The notes under the pieces were generated by a model. That model made no database searches and was not told where the DNA came from. It was given only the letters and a program-made list of their open reading frames with translations. 64,000 nucleotides of DNA, from contig NC_068983.1 in the NCBI RefSeq assembly GCF_001194135.2, positions 89,615,911 to 89,679,910 of the forward strand, read 5' to 3'. The position numbers and the translations under genes are program-made. Positions 23,611-37,732 of this stretch are shown here, piece by piece. Source of the stretch: Octopus bimaculoides. Lineage: Eukaryota. How positions within the stretch are numbered: position 1 is the stretch's first letter; every line of letters starts with the position of its first letter.

Positions 23611-24480
23611 TCTTTCAAGTACCAGCTGGGGTACTATAGGAGACACTCTTGCACCATATCTGTTTGTAATTGTATTGGATTATGCAATGCATAATCCAAT
23701 AGACAATAGTGTCAAAGACCTTGGTTTCATCATAGACCAGCAATGATCATGGGAGAGTGCCAGCAGTAACTATCACAGACACGGGCTTCACAGATGATAC
23801 AGCACTCTTATCTAATAGATCAAGCTTAACAGCTGTTCAGCAGAGTAGAAGCATCAGCTGCTAAGCTAGGACTGCACCCAAATGTCAAGAAAATGGAATA
23901 CATGTCTTCCAACCAATCAAGTGATACTGAACTATTTGCTTTGAGTGGTTCCAAATTTAATGTTGCTGAAAACTTCAAGTACTTGGGTGAGCAGTTTGGA
24001 AGCAGACATCAAGATCAGGAAAACACAAGCATGGGCAACCTGTCACAAACTAAAGAAAGTCTGGAACATCAAATTGTCCAGGCAAATCAAAATTAAGTTG
24101 TTCATTGCAACTGTTGAATCACTGCTATTATATGGCAATGAAATATGGACACTGACAAAGAAATTATCAAATGGGCTAAATGGATGCTACACAAGGATGC
24201 TACAAATGGTTCTAAATGTGAAATGACAGCACCATATGACAAATGAATTGCCTTTATGGAGACTTGCCGATGGTTAGCGGGATCACACAAAAACAGCTAT
24301 GACTATCTCATCACTGTGTGTCACCCTAAGCTGGGAGCATCCAAATTAGTCTCATGGAACCCACTTCATGGTGATTTAAACATAGGAAAACATTGTCCCA
24401 CATCGACAACTTGATTGCAGACACTGGCCTGAAATATATCCAGGACCTCAAAGTAGTGATGATAGGCCAAGAAGTGTGGT
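23605..24480 (+). mobile_element. Second RTE-like LINE family, forward segment (RT C-terminal half)
   Basis: EFFQVPAGVL*GDTLAPYLFVIVLDY, ITDTGFTDD, FKYLG, DIKIRKTQAW, ESLLLYGNEIWTLT. Confidence 0.88.
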
Positions 24481-24910
24481 AGGTAGACTTTGATGCCATA
24501 AAAATAAATAATACTGTGAAAGATTACTTTTCCTGTTTCCAGTAAAGGGTGGTGGGACACAACGAGTAACATTTACTGTATTTTTGACTTGGAGAAAACA
24601 ATATTTTTATAAATGTTCACTATCTAACAAAAGCTACATCAGCTAAGCAAACGGCTGCTAAATGCATTAAAAATACTATAACAGAAAATTACCTCCGTTC
24701 TCTTTGAGCATATAAAAGACAAATTTAGATGGGTCAAAATGAGTAAGGAAAGGTAAGGTCAATTTGTTTCTTCAATTCTCCAGAATTACATTTGAAAAAA
24801 GCTCATACACATCAATATCTAGGTCAAATGAAAAGGAATCAAGGAAAAATGGCACAGTATGAAACTTGACTATATAGGTCCTTCACAATCTGCTGGATTG
24901 GCTCTCTGCA

Positions 24911-25340
24911 GAATTCTGGTTTAAGCACCCCATATAACCCTTCATAACTTTTAGTGTTTTGTAATTTTCAAAACACATGAGGATTCATACAATTATGAAA
25001 ACATTTTTTTTTAAATTTTTAAAATTTTATATTTTTTAATTAGATAGTCCTAAATTTTGACTTCAATCCCAGCAACAGACCATTAAAATTGCTTATAGGG
25101 AGAAAGATATTGAAAAGCATCAATATATCAGAGTGACAAAGAAACAAGGAGAGTATCAGGTGGTCGGGAGATGTGCTAAAAATAACAGCTAAATAGCCCT
25201 TAAATCAGACACAAAATTTTTTTCTTGGTTTTTCATAGTCATAAATTCCCATGTGTAGAATACAAATTTGCAAAAATTTTCTGAAAATTCCAAAAACTAG
25301 AAGTTATGAGGTGTTATATGCGGTGCTTAAAGCAGAATTC
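24911..25340. mobile_element. MITE-like element with ~65-bp inverted ends; related partial copy near 28600-28700
   Basis: gaattctggtttaagcacc...tcataactt versus aagttatga...ggtgcttaaagcagaattc. Confidence 0.6.
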
Positions 25341-25873
25341 CACTCAGCTGTCTCCTTGATACATTTATGCACCATGCAATTAAAGAGAAGAGATTACTGA
25401 AATTAGTCATTACTCATTTTGCCCCAGTTTAGACATCAGTTTTTGAAAATTGAAAATTATCAACTTAGACATTAGTGTGGGAAAAAATTGACTTGGAACC
25501 CAATAGAGGTAAGAATTTGGACTGTTGAACATCCAAAATTATCTAGATATTTTATTAGCAACCTCAATTACAACTGGGTCAAAGTTGAGGGTAAATTTCT
25601 TGAAAGTGAAGTACCTGTTACCTGACAGTTTCAAACTGCCTCAACTGCAACAACAATGGTAGCCAATGTTTACTCTCAAGGATAATGAAAGAGTACAATA
25701 TGGTGATGCAATACTTGCAATGTAATGATTTCAAATAAGTAATGAGAAAAATAACAATTAGTAATAACTCATTTTGCCCCACTTCTCTGTAATTATTTCA
25801 AAATGATGAAAAATAGTGATAAAAGAAAGAAAAAGATTTGGTTTAATGTGAGCATTAAACGCAATAATTCTAA

Positions 25874-26794
25874 AGCTGAAAAAATGTTGGATCTTTATGG
25901 TTTGACGGCCAACACTTGTTTTCTTAACGAAACACTTTCAAACTTGGGATACTGGTAGAATGTGTCATATAAAACATCTTTTTCTCTTAGCCTTCTTAAC
26001 AAAAATTACTTCTTAATAAGTTATTTCATGTTAAAGTTGTCGTATTTCTGTAATTTCAACCAATCACTGACGTCTATTCAGCTGAATACAGTTAGTGCTG
26101 TTTGGTGTCAAGTGTGTTATTCCTTGTTTAATTATATCATTATTCCCTAGTAAGGGTTTAGGGTTTTAGGGTTAGGGTTGGGGTTATGGTTATGAGTTAT
26201 AGGGTTAAGGTTATGGCAAAAATAATCATAACCCTAACCGTANNNNNNNNNNNNNNNNNNNNNNNNNNNNNNNNNNNNNNNNNNNNNNNNNNNNNNNNNN
26301 NNNNNNNNNNNNNNNNNNNNNNNNNNNNNNNNNNNNNNNNNNNNNNNNNNNNNNNNNNNNNNNNNNNNNNNNNNNNNNNNCTAAAACCCAAACCCTAACC
26401 CTAAAACCCTAAAGCTAAAACCAGTACAAACGCATGAATGATGTTATAAATAACAGTGACAAACGAAATATATACCGCTGATAGTTGTTGTTGGCAACGG
26501 ATAGTTTTTGTTGACAAACAACAGCACTAATTTTATTCAAGGGAAAAAATCCCGTAACACCGTTGTTTACATTCCATGGCGTAATTGTTTTCACCTCAAT
26601 AGACGTCAGTGATTGGTTGAAATTACCGAAATACGACAATTTTTTACATGAAATAACTTCAAATACAAAATTTTTTATCTGTTCTATAACACAAAATATA
26701 CAAGTATTCGAAGTTTGAAAGTGTTTCGGTACCAAAAACACTACATAAAAAAATGTTGGCCGTCAAACCATAAAGATCCAAAATGTTTTCAGCT
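25874..26794. mobile_element. Foldback/MITE-like element with nested inverted blocks and central TTAGGG-like repeats
   Basis: About 40-bp TIR agctgaaaaaatgttggatctttatggtttgacggccaaca, further inverted blocks at about 26012-26078 and 26597-26660. G-rich repeats at 26150-26215, C-rich repeats at 26228-26420. Confidence 0.75.
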
Positions 26795-27812
26795 GTTGAG
26801 AGATATAATTTTTGTCTGAATTATAAAATACTAAATTTCAAATAGTTTGATCTCTGGTGATTGTTGAATATACTCCACCAACAAGACCTAGACAGAACAG
26901 ATGACTTCTTAATGTACTATTTGGTTGTTGTTATTTAGCTTCAAGTCAGCACTAAGACCAAACAGACCTATGATCAAATATATTCTGACAGTGGTTTTTC
27001 TATGTTTAACACCATCCATTGTCTCTTATCAAGACAGTTGGGAGTAATTTGGATTTAGATGTTATTTCTAGCAGGCTGAGCAACAACGTAGAGGCTCCCT
27101 CATTAACTTCAGGTAATGTTTAGTAGTTAGAAGAGTAACATCTTAATGTGTAAACACAAAAAGAAGACAATTCCTATGCAGATATCTAAGTCTATAGGTG
27201 CATAATATCAATCGATAAATATTTAAAAGCAACATGAATAAAATCAATAAAAAACTCATCATTATCATCATTTGCTGTGGAAATGGGTTAAAATGTAATT
27301 TAACATGATATATTAATGCAAAATGATGGTTGTAAGATTCAGTGCTACTGACACACTCATAACTTTCATTAAGTTGTTTTCCCTACTTCCAAGAAAGGTA
27401 CATAGATCTGTCAAGTTTTCTATGACGTTCCTACGTACATTACAGTTGATTACACTCCTATATGTATTTATCTTTATCAAGGGCTTTTAAATGTAAAATT
27501 ATGAGAAAAACTTTTTGTTTTGTTTTGTTTTTCTATATCACACACTTCCTTCTCACTGCCTTGCAATTTGTTGGAATAATTGACACTTCTTTCTTAGAAA
27601 TTTGTTTTAAATATCCTTGCTAACAAACAAGTCTTCCTGCTACAGAAAGAAGGTACCAGACTGTGAAAATAATTTTTTATGACAATGAGCAAGATTTAAT
27701 GGTTTGTTTACATTAACCCTCTTCTGTTACCGCTGAAAATGTAAATAACTTCAGAAAGAACATAAAAAGAAAAATGATTGTGGGATCTTCAAAGAGATTG
27801 ATAGATTCATAC

Positions 27813-27993
27813 CTGTGGATTTTGCAAGAAACTCTCTTTGTTGTTAATACAACCACCACAGCTTCCAGGTTTTTTCCATTCACCATTTCCAATTCCTTCA
27901 GACCAAGTTTTTCTTAATGAGAAAATAGATGTGTTGACAACTCTACATATTGCAACATTGACGAAATGTTTGCTAAAATCTTCGAAAGTCATC
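27813..27993 (-). CDS. CAPN5: Calpain-5-like exon MTFEDFSKHF...GSCGGCINNKESFLQNPQ (end of protease core, start of domain III)
   Basis: GGC..N...F.QNPQ motif. Acceptor ttttcag and donor GTATGA. 181 nt, phase 2 to 0. Confidence 0.93.
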
Positions 27994-28219
27994 CTGAAAA
28001 GAAGGAAATTTAAATTAATAATAAGTAATACAGGAAAAGTATGAATTAAAACCATCATAAATTAATAAACCGAAGATAGAATTAAATCAAGGTCTTTTAT
28101 TGATTTCATGTCTTGTCAAATGTTATGATTGAAGCATGTGGCAGATTCCTAAACCAGCTCAGTCCAGTGCAAAAAAATAAAAAATAAAAATATCAAATAG
28201 GTTATACAGACACACACAT

Positions 28220-30900
28220 TGATGTTATTCTGTTTATCTTATAGCTTCCCAAAGTGGGCGATATTGCCCACCAGTGGGTGATTTCAACTTACAGGTGGGC
28301 GATGGGTGAAATTTGTAGAAAATGGTGGGCGATTTGAGATTTTGGCAGGTGATGTGAACATTTTGTGGGTGATAGAATTTTTAGAAATTAATTCTGCATT
28401 TACTTATATCTAGAATAGATATATTTACTTATATCTAGAATAAGGATGCACTTTTATCGATTTGATTACTTGTATTTAAAAATGTGGGCCAAATATTTTT
28501 GTCGCACAGTCATTGAGATAGTTGTCATATGTGCTAAAAATAGCAGCCAAATAGGCTTAGGCCTTAAATCATGCTCCACCACAATTTTTTTTTTTTACAT
28601 AATCATATAAAGTCCTGTGTGTAGAATACAAATTTGCAAAATTTTCTGAAAACTCCGAAAAATAAAAATGTTATGAGGGGTTATATGTCATGCATAATTC
28701 CACAGTTTCATATCAAAACACAAGTGCTATTTTCAGAATACTGACACAATGTGCAGTCTTGCACGAAATGACAGCTTTGATATTGTGTTTCTTGTGTGGT
28801 TGAAAATGATCAGACTTTAAACTTCTACAACTTTTTAAAAACATTTTTCTGGAAAAACTTGAATAAACTTTAAGTTTTGAAATGCTGGTGGCCAAACAAA
28901 CTAGATTTATATTTGCTTCAGTAAAGATGTCAGCTGACTCTGCTCTATCGACTTCTTCTTGTTCTCTTGTGAATACCATACTGCCTTTCTGATGCCATCC
29001 ATAGAAATTCATTTTCACATTTTCACTTTACTGATGCCTCCAGTCAAGGAAATTTATCGAGAGTACAGTAGTGATTATTTATCATTTGGATTTATTCCCT
29101 CTCCTCAGAACTGTCAGTTACTAACGTACCTTCTTTGCCATCAAACACTGACCAACAAAGCAATGAAACCTTCACACTTGAAGCATCACTTTGATGCAAA
29201 GCATTCTGAGTAGAAGGACAAGCTATTGTCATACTTTTTTGAACTGAGTGCCTCTTTCAAAAAGCAGACACAAACATTCAATGTGCTGCCCCAGGAAACT
29301 AGTAAGCATGAGAATAATGGATTGATTGCATGGTTTATTGCCAAGTCTGGGAAGTCTCACACAACTGGAGAAACATTACTTCACCCGATTATCAAACAGG
29401 TTTTGTCAATTGTTAAGCACGAAAAACCCAATAATATTATGAAGAAGATCCCACTTACACAATTTCTCGATCCCACTAACACAATTTCTCGATGCATCAA
29501 TGAAATGGCCAATAATGCCAAATATCAGTTCATTAATATTCTCTAGCATTCTGAATTTTCTATACAATTGGATGAATCAACTGTTGTGGACAATCAATGT
29601 TAGATGATGGTATAGTTCGATATTTCAGCAAAGACTTTCAACCTTGTGAGGAAATGCTGTTCACAGAGAAATTTCTGCTTGATTCAAAAGGTGCAACTAT
29701 TTTTCACACTCTCAAGTCTTTCCTTTTTGAACATAATATCCCACTCAGTAATATTCTTGCCTGTGCATCTGATGGAGATCCTTTGATGATAGGAAGATAC
29801 AGAGGTTTTTTATCTCTCCTAAAGCGTGAAATTTCCCACCAGATACTAACTGTTCATTGCTTGGTACACCAGCAGCATTTAGTGGCAAAAAATATGAATG
29901 GTAGATTGAATAATGTGCTACAGTTAGTTATCAAGACTGTGAACAAACTGAAGTCCAGTCCCTTGTCTGATCGAATTTTCCATCAACTCTGTCTGAGAAA
30001 TGCTGAGGACTATACTAAACTCTTATACCATACTGAAGTGCAGTGGCTGTCAAAAGGAAACTGTGTTTTACGCTTTGTTGAACTGTTTCATATAATCATA
30101 TCTTTCTTTGAAGATACTCCACTATCTTCTTCATTGATGGCTGCAAGGTGTGATACCTCTTTTCTTTGTGATATATTCACAAAATTAAATGATTTGAATA
30201 AGTTATTGCAAGGAAACAGAAAAACTCTCATTGACTGTAAATCATTTATTTATCACTACCTTCATTNNNNNNNNNNGTTATTGCAAGGAAACAGAAAAAC
30301 TCTCATTGACTGTAAATCATTTATTTATCACTACCTTCATTTCAAAATTGGTGCTGTATAAGACTAACATTTCAAAATGTCAATTCCATCAATTTCCACA
30401 CCTTGATTCTTTAAAGAGGAATTGGTTGATGAGGATTTAACTACATACCGCAACTATTTACAATCATTGCATGATGACATGGTGGAGCGATTTCAAGATG
30501 AATATTCCAAACTGGTATAGTAATCCATTTGAGGTCGATGCAGACATTGTGTCAGGGGGTTTTTATATAGGTGGATGATGGAGCATTTTTTGGCTGATAA
30601 GTAAGCAATATTGCAATTTGGCATGAAAAGTTTGGGAAAAACTGATTTATCCATGTAACAACTCTACAATTTCTCAATGAATCTTTACAAGAATTTGCAT
30701 ACATATCAGAAATCAGCACAGAGGGGAAAAAAAACAGGGTTGAATGTTTTCTTAGGACAATATCTGTACGTTTCCCAAGGCACATGCTCACACATAATTA
30801 CACACCATGATGTATACCTTTCAGTTTGACAAACCCTCATCATAACAACAGTTGATAGACATCAGTATTTATAAATAGTCTTTTGGATTCTGTTTTCAAC
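28220..30900 (+). mobile_element. hAT transposon (Buster/Charlie, ZBED5/SCAND3-like), degenerate transposase about 29050-30760; ends approximate
   Basis: BED-like YLSFGF...AMKPSHLKHH, QLDESTVVDN, CASDGDPLMIGRYRGF, HCLVHQQHL, LYHTEVQWLSKG. Confidence 0.88.
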
Positions 30901-31041
30901 AAATGCTTCATTATTAATAAGATTGTTTTTCCAACACTAGACCAAAACAAGTCTAAAAACTTGCTACAAAGTAACTTAAGTTTAACATAACTAAACAAAG
31001 TCCTGTTTCTACATAATTAGTAAATGAGGCAATTCTATACA

Positions 31042-31720
31042 TATCATCATCATCATCATTATCATCACCATTTAATGTCCGTTGTCCATGCTGGCATGGG
31101 TTGGATGGTTTGACCAGGGCTGGTATGCTGGAAAGCTGCACTAGACTCCAGTCTGATTTGGAATGGTTTCTATGGCTGGATGCGCTTCCTAACGCCAACC
31201 ACTCCAAGAGTGTAATGGGTGCTTTTACGTACCACCGGCATGGGTGCCATTTATGTGACACCAGTATTTGCCATGACTGTGATTCTACTTGGCTTGATAT
31301 GTCTTCTCAAGCACAACATAATGTCAAAGGTCTCAGTCATTCATCATTGCCTCTGTGAGACCCAACACTTGAAAGGAGCTTTTCACGTGCCACCAGCATC
31401 AGCCACTTTGCTTCCATGAGGCCCAACATGCAAAAGGTGCTTTTTACATGCCATTGGCATGGGTGCCAATTACAGGACACCAGCATCAGCCATGACTACG
31501 ATTTCACTTGGCTTGATGGGTCTTCTCATACAAAGCATATTGCCAAAGGTTTTGGTAACTAGTCATTGCCTCTGTGAGACTCAAAGTTTGAAGACCATGC
31601 TTCACCACCTCGTCCCATGTCTTCCTGGGCCTACCTCCACTACAAGCTCTCTCCAGTTAGGGATCAGCACTTCTTTACACAGCTGTCTTCATCCATATGC
31701 ATCACATGACCATACCAGCA
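31042..31720 (-). mobile_element. RTE LINE 3' end with duplicated UTR modules
   Basis: (cat)n tail, ggatgcgcttcctaacgcc motif, repeated cttggcttgat..tcttctc..agtcattgcctctgtgag modules. Confidence 0.8.
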
Positions 31721-32948
31721 CAGTCATCTCTCTTGCACACCATACACACACACACGCACACACACACATACACACACACATATATATATATATAATCAAA
31801 ACAAAAGTTTAGAGCCTCAACTCCAAGTGTGTTTAATCATAATTTTTTTAATAATGCATATCTTTTTATGACGATTTTCAGCATATGTTTAGGTTACAAT
31901 CATATTGCTAAAGTTTTTTTTAAATTGTTTTCTTTTTCTTTTTTTTTTTTTTTTTTTTTTTCTTTTCAGGAAGAATGAAAAAAACCTAACATTTTATCCA
32001 TTGAATAACTTGCTTTTTATAGATGTGTTTATTTTTATTTACAAAATTAGTTATTTAAATTTAACATAAAAAAGTTTCTTAGCATTTGACATCCACGCAA
32101 AGAAATGCTATCTAACTCTGCTAGTATGCATGAAAGAAAGAACGTAAATGAATGAGCATGTGTACAGACATATCAGTAAACACTTTGTGCTTACTCATAT
32201 ATTGCAAGAAGCAGCATGTATATAGAAAAGGTTATTGAATATGTTATGAGCAATATGTTGATGTTGATGCAAGAAAGGAGTCATAAAATATATGCAACAG
32301 CAATCCACACATTTGCCTTTTCACATTTCAATAACATTTCTCTTGACATTTCTTTTTACAAAGCCCTTTCATAGGGAGGAACAGTTTAAACATAGGCTTA
32401 TGTTTGAAGGATAGCTATTATTAAAACAAGCAGGGCTATGTTTTATATGCTGCCTTCCTCCCATCTACATTCTGCTATCTAGCCAGAAGAAATACGTATC
32501 CTAATATCATTCAAAATATTGACAACAGAAAACTAGAAAATTTTTCTGTGGTCAATATTTGAATGTATATTGTACTTCTATTACAATGGTCAATATGTAA
32601 AAGAAACTGTTGCTATTCTAGTGTGTCTATGAGTGTAATTGTCTAGTATTTCATTTTCCTTTTACAAAACTTTCACTCAACAAATGAAATTCTGAACAGA
32701 GCCACGTCATGATCTTATCGAAATAACTTAATAAAATTTAAAACATGTAAAACGTTTTTAATCTTTGATAAAAGTTCAGTCTGTCTATCATCTTTAATGC
32801 ACCTGTACTATTTTGTAATGTTTCTCCACAGGTGTTGTAGGAATCACATTTCCACAACATTTGTATTATCTCATTACATCTATCATATTTGGAAATGCTT
32901 TGATTAAGTTAAATGTAGCTACATAAAATTCTTAATTTAGAATCTTAC

Positions 32949-33026
32949 CAGAATTCACCATCATCTTCAAATGTTAATCCAATTTTACTTCGATCATTTT
33001 TGTCAATTTTCTGCCATTCTGGTGAG
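32949..33026 (-). CDS. CAPN5: Calpain-5-like exon SPEWQKIDKNDRSKIGLTFEDDGEF(W)
   Basis: Not in the ORF track; found by manual reading. Polypyrimidine acceptor ctttttctctccag and donor GTAAGA. 78 nt, phase 2 to 2. Contains the DDGEFW calpain motif. Confidence 0.92.
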
Positions 33027-34602
33027 CTGGAGAGAAAAAGGTAGGGAAAATCCTGATGGCATTAAAATCAAAAATATCCCAAGGACAGATGTCCAGACAT
33101 GAGTAATTTCTTTTCAGATAAAAATAAACAAGAATTTCTTAATAAATAGATTTTCCAAAGTTAGTATTTAAAAGTGCAATTTAAACTTAGTGTTTAAATT
33201 GCATTAACATTTAAACTTAGATATAATTTAAAATAACAATCAGGTTTACAGGGGAGGAAGACAAATAAGATTGTAGGATTTTCCTGATCTTGTTTAGCGG
33301 CAACAAAAATGTGAAAAAAAAAATGAAAGAGCTTCAATAAGGTATGGAAACTGAGTCACAGACACCATTCTCTCTAAACTGTACTCATTTGTGTGCACGT
33401 TTCACAACTAACAAAAGAGAAAAATTAAGATTTTTCAAGATAGAAACAGATTTTTTAATTGAGGAAATTTGAGTAATAGTTACTCACAAGATAGGTACAA
33501 AATGCAAATTTGTGTACACACCTACAACAACAAAAAATAGATAGAACATTGGTTGCAGGCTTAATTTAACAAAAACCTATCTTTGATAGCTGTAGCAACA
33601 ACAATGATGTATATCATTAAAATGTGGTGGTTGTCAGGTAATTGCCAAATACATGGTCATGAATTCACACCTGGCAACAACACTTTGTTGCACATTTTAT
33701 CAGAAAACTTAACTCTGCCCCACCATTTTACATAGCAGACTTACAAAAAGAGCTCCCACACCTTTACAGTAGAAATAGTTAACAGTAGAAAGTTACAGTA
33801 TTTGACTGTAAAAACAATTACACTAACAAAAGCCCTCCTACTTAACCATGTCAGTGTAGAAGCTAGTTAAAGTTAATCTTTTTCTTAATCACAAAGAGCC
33901 ACAGAGCTGATGCCCATTTCAAGTTTCTGATGCATTAAGCAAATGACAGATAAAATCTCTGTGTTACTATTCTATCAAATAAGATCTTGTAACAGGATTT
34001 GAACTTAAAACTGGAATAAATCACTGAATTTTATAATGCGCTCATTGCTTACAGTAGTGAAATACACTAACTACCCTCTCTCCATTGACATCTGTTTGAA
34101 ATTAGTTAAACTTGGCTATTGAAATTTAAGAATCTTGGTTACTCTTGGTCACACACATTACAATGTCACAAAACTTTTAGCCAGTTGTCCAACTTGGCTA
34201 ACTACAATTTCATTAAGTAACAAACGGTGTAAAGTAAAACTGAATAGAGAATATTTTTTTGAGCAATTATTGTAATACACATTTAAATTTCAATTGATCA
34301 ACTTTGAAGATAAAACTTAACATCTACATAAGTAATTTAAAAAATAGTATAGAGCATTCAGTGCATATATAGTTGGTCTCAGTAACTTTCTGATTGTTTA
34401 TGCATTGGTCAGAAACTGTTCAGCTCTAGAGTAAAGGTTCTATTCAAATCAGTCTTTATTTTTAAAACCAAAAGCTCAATCCTAAAATCAATGAGGTAAA
34501 AGAGAACAAAATAAAATTAATAATTTCTTAGTTTAGTATTATCACTGACATTAAATTTCATGTGCAATGTTCTTGACAGTCAACTGAAAGAATGTCACTT
34601 AC

Positions 34603-34799
34603 CCATCACTAAAGGCTCCTTTCCATTCACATTGACCCCATGGATTGCGAAGACGAACCATCGGCATCTTCTCTCTTCCAAATATCCCAAACAAGCCTGA
34701 ACCTTCTAAATGGATATTCTTAACACAAGTAACTCCATAAGCATGGCCTTTCACCAAACCAGAATCCAAAGTGGCTTCCATTTCTTCACTAGACGTCGC
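34603..34799 (-). CDS. CAPN5: Calpain-5-like exon with catalytic His (GLVKGHAY) and Asn (RLRNPWG)
   Basis: ATSSEEMEATLDSGLVKGHAYGVT...RLRNPWGQCEWKGAFSDG. AG acceptor and GTAAGT donor. 197 nt, phase 0 to 2, in frame with neighbouring exons. Confidence 0.95.
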
Positions 34800-37439
34800 C
34801 TAAAACAGATACACACATGGGTATAAAATAAAGAACCACCAGCAATAACATCAGCAACTGATAACATCTAAAGCTTTGACTAAAAAAAAAAAAAAAGGGC
34901 AACAAGTCCAACAGACCAAAGAGTTTCATGAGTTGATGAGAGGTAAATGTCCTCAGGGATAAAACACTTAGTATGTGGTAAGAATTTTCATCAATACTGT
35001 AGCAATATAATTAAAGTCAACACTTCATGATTTGAACTCAGACTCTAAAGGAATGAGACTAAATGCTGTAAGGCTTTCTACTATTGCCACCTCTAACCTT
35101 CAAACTAACAATAGTTTCTGATTTAGACACAAGGCCAACAATTTTGAGAGATGGGGGAGTTAGTCACTACCACTGCCTCCAGAGAGATGAAAAAATAATA
35201 ACAATTACAATAATAATAATGATAATCTTTATTAGTGATAAGGGTTTGAAGAGATGGATAAAAAATATGAGGAGTTGCAGGATAGTGACAGATAATTTAT
35301 TCAAAGAGAAAGAGATGCATAAATAGATGAATATAAAACTTTAAGACACAAATATTTGCATATAAACAAATAAATAAGTAAATAAACTACAATAAGGCAA
35401 TAATTAAAACAAAATATAATTTTTTAAAAATACTGACTTGGTTACATTAGCAAACTCCTACATCTATGCCTTCCAGCCTACTAATTGTTTATCTTGTCTT
35501 ATGTATTCAAAAGTACCAGTCAACATTTTCTTTTAGGCAGCTGGAGTTGATAAACACCAACATCTATGCAGTAAGATTGTTTTAATTCATTGCAATGTCT
35601 CTGTCATTTTTGATAACAACCTATCTTTACCTGTATTCCAAACTTCACAGTACCTGTGTTATTTTTTTACATCATTCCTGACACCACAGATGTTTGATTT
35701 TTGAAGGAACCTCAGTTTTTCATCCTCCTCTTCCTTTTCTCTGCTATATTTCTGAGGAGGGCTTCATTGTTTTTGTGGAAGATGCTTCCTCCTTATCCAT
35801 TTTATGTTGATCTTTATTTGAGATTTTTTTTTACTTTTTTCTCTTTAGTATTTTTCTTCAACAGTTTGTACACATTTTTCCACTGTTTCTTCTTTGTTAC
35901 ACAAAGATGGCGTGATACTACTGGTTGCTGCTGTTAAGGGACACAGTGTGTGCAGGCTTGTTTCTAGGACTATGTGCAAAGTGATTTCTCCTGCCATTCC
36001 TAGGATTTTCACTGGTGGTTCTCTGGAAAGTGTGCTAGAGGAGGAGATCCCCTAACTCAGTGCCCTACCTAATTAGTCTCTGGTGTCTTTTACTATAGAT
36101 TGGTGAGAATGAACCAATTTTGTTTGTTTTGCATTCTTGTTATCCTCAGAGCTACAACCAATAATGCTGTAAAGCTTTATGTCTTCAGAACAGAAAACTC
36201 TCAGATGATTTTACTATGATGTAACTGGTCCTTCTTTCCTGCTCTACTAGTCTGATTGACCTCTTGTCCACTCACACAGTGGAGTATAACTGGGAGATAA
36301 CCTTGTCATCAGGACTTTGTGTCCATGCAAGCAGATTCTATCTGATCACATGCTGCTGCAATTCACCTCCACACTCATCACCTGCTAGTATCAGGTTACA
36401 AAAATGACTAGGAACCAAGAGTCAGCATCCATATCAGTGACTCTGACCATGACCCTTATGATTCTTCTGGCCATGCACTGCAGCAACATTTGCAAACAGG
36501 TATAGTGCTTGGTCTAAAATAATACGATTATGTTTCTATGTGCCTTTCCCTTTTTAAGAGAGCATATATGACCAGAGCTCTCTCTGACACCTCTTCTAAG
36601 TGCATAAGAATGCCCCCTAGTGGTATGTCACTTACCCCTTACACTTTCTTGGGTAAACTCCTTAGATAAGGTGGTGCTGTCTTCTTTGTCATACATCTTC
36701 TATATATGCCCTTTTGCCAGAAGTTTTCTCATATTTGCTTTTTGATTTTCAATGCCAATAAAACATGAATTGTTGTTGTTTTTCCTTTTTGTGATCGTCA
36801 TTTAAGTTTGTATTTTCAACACTTCTTTCACAGCATTTCTCAAATTGTAATTGGTTATGTTTATAACTGTCTTTTCTTTCTTTATCCTTTTTTTTATGTC
36901 TTTGTTGTTGTCAGTATTCTGAGTGAGAGTAAGGTAAGGAGCAGAGCATTTTCTGATGCTGCTATTATAGCTGATACCTCCTCCTATTAACACATTTGTG
37001 GCCAATTTAAATCACAAATAAATAATGTGAAGGTACCATACAAAAATATTTATACAGTTAAAATGTGATGTTGCTCAAACAAACCATTTCACCTTAGATA
37101 ACGGCCTTGAGGATTAAATATTTGAAATCTTTAATGATACAAAGAACAAAAAAAAAAAAAAACTTTTTCCTATCAAATGAACCCAGAAAGATAATATCTT
37201 CTAAGCAGATCTCTGTGAAACACAGCTGACCACAATAAACAGCAAGAACAGCAATAATAATAATTTATAATATAGACATGAAACTTGGTGAAGTAGTTGT
37301 ATGTTGTCAACTTAATGTGACAGTCCTCTGAAGGGAATAATACTACTGTTGGTTAGATCTAGGAAGCTGCACCGCTTCCTGTCAGCCTTGACATATTTCC
37401 TGTGTCCTTATGTTTACAAGAGGGAGACAAGCACCTCCA

Positions 37440-37480
37440 TCCAGATATGTTTCTGAGACTTTGCTCATCATCAGTCTGGA
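37440..37480 (-). ncRNA. Minimal type I hammerhead ribozyme motif (stem II intact, 2-nt deletion at cleavage site/stem I)
   Basis: Minus strand TCCAGA-CTGATGA-TGAGcaaagtCTCA-GAAAC-ATATC-TGGA. Confidence 0.68.
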
Positions 37481-37732
37481 GTAGCATGACCTGCTAGTCG
37501 AAGATGCCTGTCAAGCTCTTGTAAACATAATTCCAGTGAAATACATTCACTGATTTCAAATTTAGAAATAATACATTTCTAAATCTCTACTTCATCGTAT
37601 CACTACTGCATAAATATCTCTGAGAGATTTAGAAATGTATTATCTCTAAATTTAAAATCAGTGAATGTATTTCACTAGAATTATATGTTTACAAGAGCTT
37701 GACAGGCATCTTTGACTAGCAGGTCATGCTAC

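Noticed and set aside
26150-26420. Ancestral telomere-telomere fusion site
   Set aside because: The repeats are short, degenerate and enclosed in a TIR-bounded element, so a transposon origin is simpler.
30202-30341. 65-bp direct duplication within the hAT transposase
   Set aside because: Same pattern around a 10-N gap; assembly artefact.
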